A stretch of 64,000 bases of DNA from an uncultured Verrucomicrobiae bacterium. GTDB taxonomy: Bacteria; Verrucomicrobiota; Verrucomicrobiia; Limisphaerales; Palsa-1400. Location of the stretch: positions 1,856,001 through 1,920,000 of the forward strand of contig CAVXRD010000002.1 of NCBI GenBank assembly GCA_963764165.1, read 5' to 3'. The stretch's first letter is position 1. Each line of letters starts with the position of its first letter. Positions 59,635 through 64,000 of the stretch are shown piece after piece. The notes under the pieces are model-generated. The model was not told where the DNA came from. It saw only the letters and a program-made list of their open reading frames with translations, and made no database searches. The position numbers and the translations under genes are program-made.

Positions 59635-60623
59635 CCTTCGCGCATCCATACATTTTGCTTTTGCTGCTGCTGCTGCCGGTGGTGGCGTGGCTCAAGGGGA
59701 AATTAGGCCAAGCCTCCGCCTTTGTGTATTCGTCGGTGGATTTGGTGCGCCCCATCACCGGACTTCACCGCTCGCGGGCAGGAGTAATTTTGGCAAATTT
59801 GCGCTGGCTGGCCCTGGCCATTTTCATCGTCGCCCTGGCGCAGCCGCGATTGGTGCGCGGAGAATCGAATGTGAAAGCCAGCGGCATTGATATTGTGGTG
59901 GCGCTTGATTTGTCCGGCAGCATGCGCTCGGAGGATTTTGGCGAAGGGCTCAGCCGCATCAAACTGGCCAAGGAGGTTCTGGCAAAATTCATCGACAACC
60001 GGCCCAACGATCGCATCGGGCTCGTCGCGTTTGCCAAGGACGCCTACATCGCCTCCCCGCCGACGCTGGACCACGATTATTTGCAGGAGCAATTGAAGCG
60101 CCTCGAGATTGGCGTCATTGACGAGAATGCCACGGCCATCGGCTCGGCGCTGATGACATCGCTCAACCGCATCAAGGATCTCAAAGACAAAAGCAAAATC
60201 GTCATTCTGATGACCGACGGACAGAACAACTCGGGCAAAGTTTCGCCGCTGACCGCCGCGGACGCCGCGCAGGCGCTTGGCGTGAAGGTTTACACGATTG
60301 GCATCGGCAAGCAGGGCACCGCGCCGTATCCCGTCGGCAAGGATCAATGGGGCCGGATGCATTACCGCGACATGGCGGTGGATATTGACGAAGAGACGCT
60401 GACAAAAATCGCGCAGGAGACAAACGGCAAATACTATCGCGCCGACACCGCCGACACGCTTAGAAAAATTTACGCCGACATCGACCGCCTCGAAACCACC
60501 GAAATCGAGGTGAAGAAATACGAGCACTACGACGAGTTGTTCGGCCAGGTGGCGATTGCGGGATTGGTTGTGCTGTTGTCGGAAATGGTGCTGGCGCAAA
60601 CCGTATGGAGGAAATTGCCGTGA
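59631..60623 (+). CDS. batA: vWA membrane protein BatA
   Basis: MTFAHP, ALAQP, DLSGSM, DRIGLV.F, TAIG, MTDG. Confidence 0.88.
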   Translation: MTFAHPYILLLLLLLPVVAWLKGKLGQASAFVYSSVDLVRPITGLHRSRAGVILANLRWLALAIFIVALAQPRLVRGESNVKASGIDIVVALDLSGSMRSEDFGEGLSRIKLAKEVLAKFIDNRPNDRIGLVAFAKDAYIASPPTLDHDYLQEQLKRLEIGVIDENATAIGSALMTSLNRIKDLKDKSKIVILMTDGQNNSGKVSPLTAADAAQALGVKVYTIGIGKQGTAPYPVGKDQWGRMHYRDMAVDIDEETLTKIAQETNGKYYRADTADTLRKIYADIDRLETTEIEVKKYEHYDELFGQVAIAGLVVLLSEMVLAQTVWRKLP

Positions 60624-60667
60624 CGCCCCCCATCGAACCCGAAAGCAGGCTCGAAAATCCGCGGAGC

Positions 60668-60750
60668 AAGGTAGGGACGCCTCGCCGAGGCGGCCGGGGT
60701 GTGGCGCGTATTGCAGTGCGGCGGACGCCTCGGCGAGGCGTCCCTACCTT
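60668..60750. repeat. Paired REP
   Basis: AAGGTAGGGACGCCTCGCCGAGGCG...CGCCTCGGCGAGGCGTCCCTACCTT. Confidence 0.85.
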
Positions 60751-60768
60751 AAGATGGGATCCGAGCGC

Positions 60769-62538
60769 ATGAGAATCGAGCATCCACAAGTTTTATGGAT
60801 CATGGCGGTGGCCATTCCGGCGCTGCTGGGGCTTTTCTATTGGTCGTGGCGCGTCAAGCAGAAATTAATATCGCAATTTGTCGGCTCACGGCTCCTGCCG
60901 AGCCTTACCCACGGCGTGTCTCCGGGCCGCCAGAAATTCCGGCTAGCGCTGCTGGCGATCGCGGTGGCGGCGATTCTTTTCGCGCTGGCCCGCCCTCAAA
61001 ACGGCTTCACCTGGGAGGAAGCCAGGCAGCAAGGCCTTGATATCATGGTGGCCATCGATACCTCGCGCAGCATGCTGGCCCGCGACGTCGCGCCGAATCG
61101 CCTGGAAAAATGCAAGTTGGCGGTGATGGATTTGATGCGCCTCTCCAAGTCGGATCGAATCGGATTGGTCGTGTTTGCGGGCGACGCCTTTTTGCAGGCG
61201 CCGCTGACGCTCGACGAACAGGCGTTCCAGCAATCGGTCGATTTCGTTTCTGTTGGGATCGTTCCCAACGGCGGGACGTCGCTTTCCGCCGCCATCCACA
61301 CGACGTTGGACGCGTTCGAGAAAGGCAACGACAATCATAAAGTCATGGTGCTTTTCACCGATGGCGACGATCACGACGCGGACACCGAAACGCTGGCGGC
61401 CGCCAAGGAAGCGGCGGCGGCGGGCATGAGGATATTCACAATCGGTGTCGGAACGCCGGCTGGCGAATTAATCCAGGTGGCGGACGAACAGGGCAATTTA
61501 TCCTTCATCAAAGATGACCAGGGCAACGCGGTGAAATCGAGCCTGAATGAAAAATTGCTCCGCGAAATCGCGACCGAAGCCAACGGCTTTTATCTTCCGC
61601 TGCAAGGCGCCACGCCGATGGAAACGCTCTATAAACAAGGACTCGAACCGCTGCCAAAAACGGAAGAAGCCAGCCGTTTGACGCGCGTTTATATCGAGCG
61701 CTACCATTGGTTTCTCGGTTTTGCCATTCTGTGTTTGATTCTCGAGGCGCTGCTGCCGGAGCGTCCGCGGTCATGGTCGCGTTCGCGCTCCGGCCGAATC
61801 TCCCCCGCTGTCTCTGCCAAGGCCAAGGTGGCTGCGATGCTCCTTTTCCTGCTGATTCCATTGCGCGCAGCCGCCTCGCCATCGAGCGCGTTGAAGGATT
61901 TCGAGGCCGGCAATTTTCAAAGCGCCTACGAGGAATTCAAGCGCCTCGCCGCGCAGAAAACAAATGATTACCGCCTGCAATACGACGCCGGCGTCGCCGC
62001 CTACAACCTCAAAAAATACGACGACGCGCAGAAACACTTCAACGACGCCCTAGGCACCCAGGAGATGATCGCCAGCCCGCAAAACCAGCAGCAGACCTAT
62101 TTTAATTTGGGAAACACGCTATATTCCCTTGGCGCCGCAGCGGAGGATGCGGACAAGAAGAAAGGCTTGTGGAAGCAGGCGATCGACAATTATTCACGCG
62201 CCATCAATCTGGCCGCGAACATGAAAACGAACGACGTCGACGCGCAAAATAATTTCAATTTTGTCCAGCAGCAGATTGAGCAGTTGGACAAACAGCAGCA
62301 GAAGGATCAGGACAAAGATAAAGATAAAGACAACGAACCCAGCGCCGCCGCCAAGGAAGCCAAGGCGCGGGCGGACGCCGCTGTGATGCGCCGCCAATAC
62401 AAAGCGGCGCTGGACATCATGGAAGAATCGCTGAAGAACGATCCGACAACGCAAAATTATGGAGACTACATCAACCGGCTGCGGGAGGTTAACGGCGTGG
62501 CAACGAACGCTCCGCCGCGGCCTCGTCCTCAGCCTTAG
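60769..62538 (+). CDS. batB: BatB-like vWA protein fused to BatC-like TPRs
   Basis: DTSRSM..DVAPNRL, PLTLD, FTDG; TPR YFNLGN.LY. Confidence 0.85.
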   Translation: MRIEHPQVLWIMAVAIPALLGLFYWSWRVKQKLISQFVGSRLLPSLTHGVSPGRQKFRLALLAIAVAAILFALARPQNGFTWEEARQQGLDIMVAIDTSRSMLARDVAPNRLEKCKLAVMDLMRLSKSDRIGLVVFAGDAFLQAPLTLDEQAFQQSVDFVSVGIVPNGGTSLSAAIHTTLDAFEKGNDNHKVMVLFTDGDDHDADTETLAAAKEAAAAGMRIFTIGVGTPAGELIQVADEQGNLSFIKDDQGNAVKSSLNEKLLREIATEANGFYLPLQGATPMETLYKQGLEPLPKTEEASRLTRVYIERYHWFLGFAILCLILEALLPERPRSWSRSRSGRISPAVSAKAKVAAMLLFLLIPLRAAASPSSALKDFEAGNFQSAYEEFKRLAAQKTNDYRLQYDAGVAAYNLKKYDDAQKHFNDALGTQEMIASPQNQQQTYFNLGNTLYSLGAAAEDADKKKGLWKQAIDNYSRAINLAANMKTNDVDAQNNFNFVQQQIEQLDKQQQKDQDKDKDKDNEPSAAAKEAKARADAAVMRRQYKAALDIMEESLKNDPTTQNYGDYINRLREVNGVATNAPPRPRPQP

Positions 62539-63208
62539 CTTATTCGCCGCCGCGCCAGGGGCTCGTGCGCAGGCACAGGCTTCAGTCCCGGCCGAGACGA
62601 ACGCCGCCGGTTATTTTCACCGTGGTGTGCAAAGTTATATTTTCGGCGATAAGACCAACGCCGTGCGGGAGATTTACACCGGCCTCCGCTCCTATCCCAC
62701 CGACCAGCCCTTGCAGAAGGCAGCCGAGCTCCTAAAAAAGAAGGAAGAGGAAAAGAAGCAGGACCAGCAGAAACAGGATCAAAAACAGAACCAGGACAAA
62801 AAGGATCAGAAAGAGCAAAAGGACCAGAAGAACCAGCAGCAACAGCAGGACAAACAGGACCAGCAAAATCAGCAAGACCAGAAGGGCCAGGATCAAAAGG
62901 ATAAGGACCAGAAGCAGGACCAAAAATCCGACCAGCAAAAGAAGGACGAGGAAAAAGCCCGCAAGGAACAGGCAAAAAAAGACCAGGAAAAGAAACAGCA
63001 GGAGCAGAAGCAAGCTCAGGCGCAGGCCGAGAAGGATAACAAGGATCAAAAAGACCAGGGCGATGCGCAGCCCGCCACGGAGCTTCACATGAGCAAAGAG
63101 GAAGCCAAACAATTGCTCGACCAATTAAAGGACGATTCCAAAGTCCTCCTCTTCAGCCCGACCAACCAACCCAGCAAAAGCCAGCGCGGCAAATTCAAGG
63201 ATTGGTAG
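62459..63208 (+). CDS. Exported Q/K/D-rich protein resembling the BatC C-terminus
   Basis: Signal-like segment; QKD-rich tract; MSKEEAKQLLDQL...KDW. Confidence 0.75.
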   Translation: METTSTGCGRLTAWQRTLRRGLVLSLSLFAAAPGARAQAQASVPAETNAAGYFHRGVQSYIFGDKTNAVREIYTGLRSYPTDQPLQKAAELLKKKEEEKKQDQQKQDQKQNQDKKDQKEQKDQKNQQQQQDKQDQQNQQDQKGQDQKDKDQKQDQKSDQQKKDEEKARKEQAKKDQEKKQQEQKQAQAQAEKDNKDQKDQGDAQPATELHMSKEEAKQLLDQLKDDSKVLLFSPTNQPSKSQRGKFKDW

Positions 63209-63353
63209 CGGCTCGGCCGGTAGTGTACTGCCCAACTTGTTGCAAGAATCGTTTCTCTGCGCTCTCGGTCTCCCTCCTGTTCACATTTTTTTTGGCAGTC
63301 CACTGCCACCCTTTTCCTGTCGGATTTTCCCATCGGCGGCTAACTTAAGACAG

Positions 63354-64000
63354 GTGAACGAGCAGACAGACAGCCAGTTGCTTAGGCTTTATGCGGAACA
63401 CAGCAGCGAATCGGCCTTTGCTGAATTAGTGCGGCGGCACTTGGATTTTGTTTATTCCGCCGCCGCGCGGATGGTGCGCGATCCGCATTTGGCGGAGGAT
63501 GTGTCCCAAGCCGTGTTCGTCGCGCTGGCAAAAAGTTCGGACCAACTGATGGATCGCCTCACCTTGTGCGGCTGGCTGCATCGAACGGCGACGAATATCG
63601 CCGCTCAAACCGTTCGCACGATAGAACGTCGCCGCGCGCGCGAACACGAAGCAGCCATGATGAGCGCAACGCCAGGCGACCAATCCGAATCGCCATGGGA
63701 CCAAATTGCCCCCCACCTGGACGCCGCCCTAGGTGAGTTGAACGAGGCGGATCGGGATGCGGTTTTTCTTCGATATTTCAGGAATTACGATTTTCGAACC
63801 TTGGGCCAAGCCTTGGAAATCAGCGATGACGCAGCCCAAAAACGTGTCAGCCGGGCGATGGATCAAATTCGCGCCCTGCTGGCAAAACGTGGAGTTGTCA
63901 TTGGCGCAAGCGGGTTGATTGTTTGCATGACCACGCACGGTGTCCAATCGGCGCCGGTTGGCCTGGCCGCCGCCGTATCGGTTGCCACCGCTCTTGCCCA
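63354..64000 (+). CDS. ECF sigma-70 factor with C-terminal extension, partial
   Basis: Hand translation from GTG 63354: D.QLLR.YA...AFAELVRRH..VYSAA...AEDVSQAVF...GWL...DRDAVFLRYF...DAAQKRVSRA; open to the window end. Confidence 0.92.
   Translation, partial: MNEQTDSQLLRLYAEHSSESAFAELVRRHLDFVYSAAARMVRDPHLAEDVSQAVFVALAKSSDQLMDRLTLCGWLHRTATNIAAQTVRTIERRRAREHEAAMMSATPGDQSESPWDQIAPHLDAALGELNEADRDAVFLRYFRNYDFRTLGQALEISDDAAQKRVSRAMDQIRALLAKRGVVIGASGLIVCMTTHGVQSAPVGLAAAVSVATALA

Noticed and set aside
62740..63060. CAG/AAG/GAC-rich repetitive DNA
   Set aside because: Explained by the low-complexity Q/K/D coding tract

Overview
Bacterial chromosomal window, most consistent with a Verrucomicrobia (Pedosphaerales-like) genome. 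This is inferred from the ECF sigma type, the TN-rich secreted proteins ending in ...FYR and the REP families; it was not tested. Left to right: (1) the right end of a phage-satellite/ICE-like integrative element abutting the 5' side of tRNA-Ser(GGA). It encodes an SSB-like protein, an excisionase, an ECF sigma-PadR-HAAS membrane module and a tyrosine integrase. (2) Two secreted proteins, one cleanly split by an IS630 insertion. (3) GH43/GH92 glycosidases and small regulatory genes. (4) A ~10 kb putative peptidoglycan-scavenging locus: dipeptide epimerase, sugar porter, C39-like lipoprotein, serine hydrolase, NamZ and two uncharacterised secreted hydrolases. (5) A ~2.5 kb non-coding tract with REPs, a MITE, a promoter plus boxA-like site and three copies of an unexplained TATAATCTCCAAAA + phased-repeat module. 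(6) A large Kelch/LamG protein, a truncated DUF1016, M13 and S53 peptidases, and HupE/DUF3500 genes. (7) A ligase/exonuclease pair, Bcr MFS, CBS-PPase, a moxR-bat operon and a partial ECF sigma. All product calls come from motifs read by eye; no searches were run.
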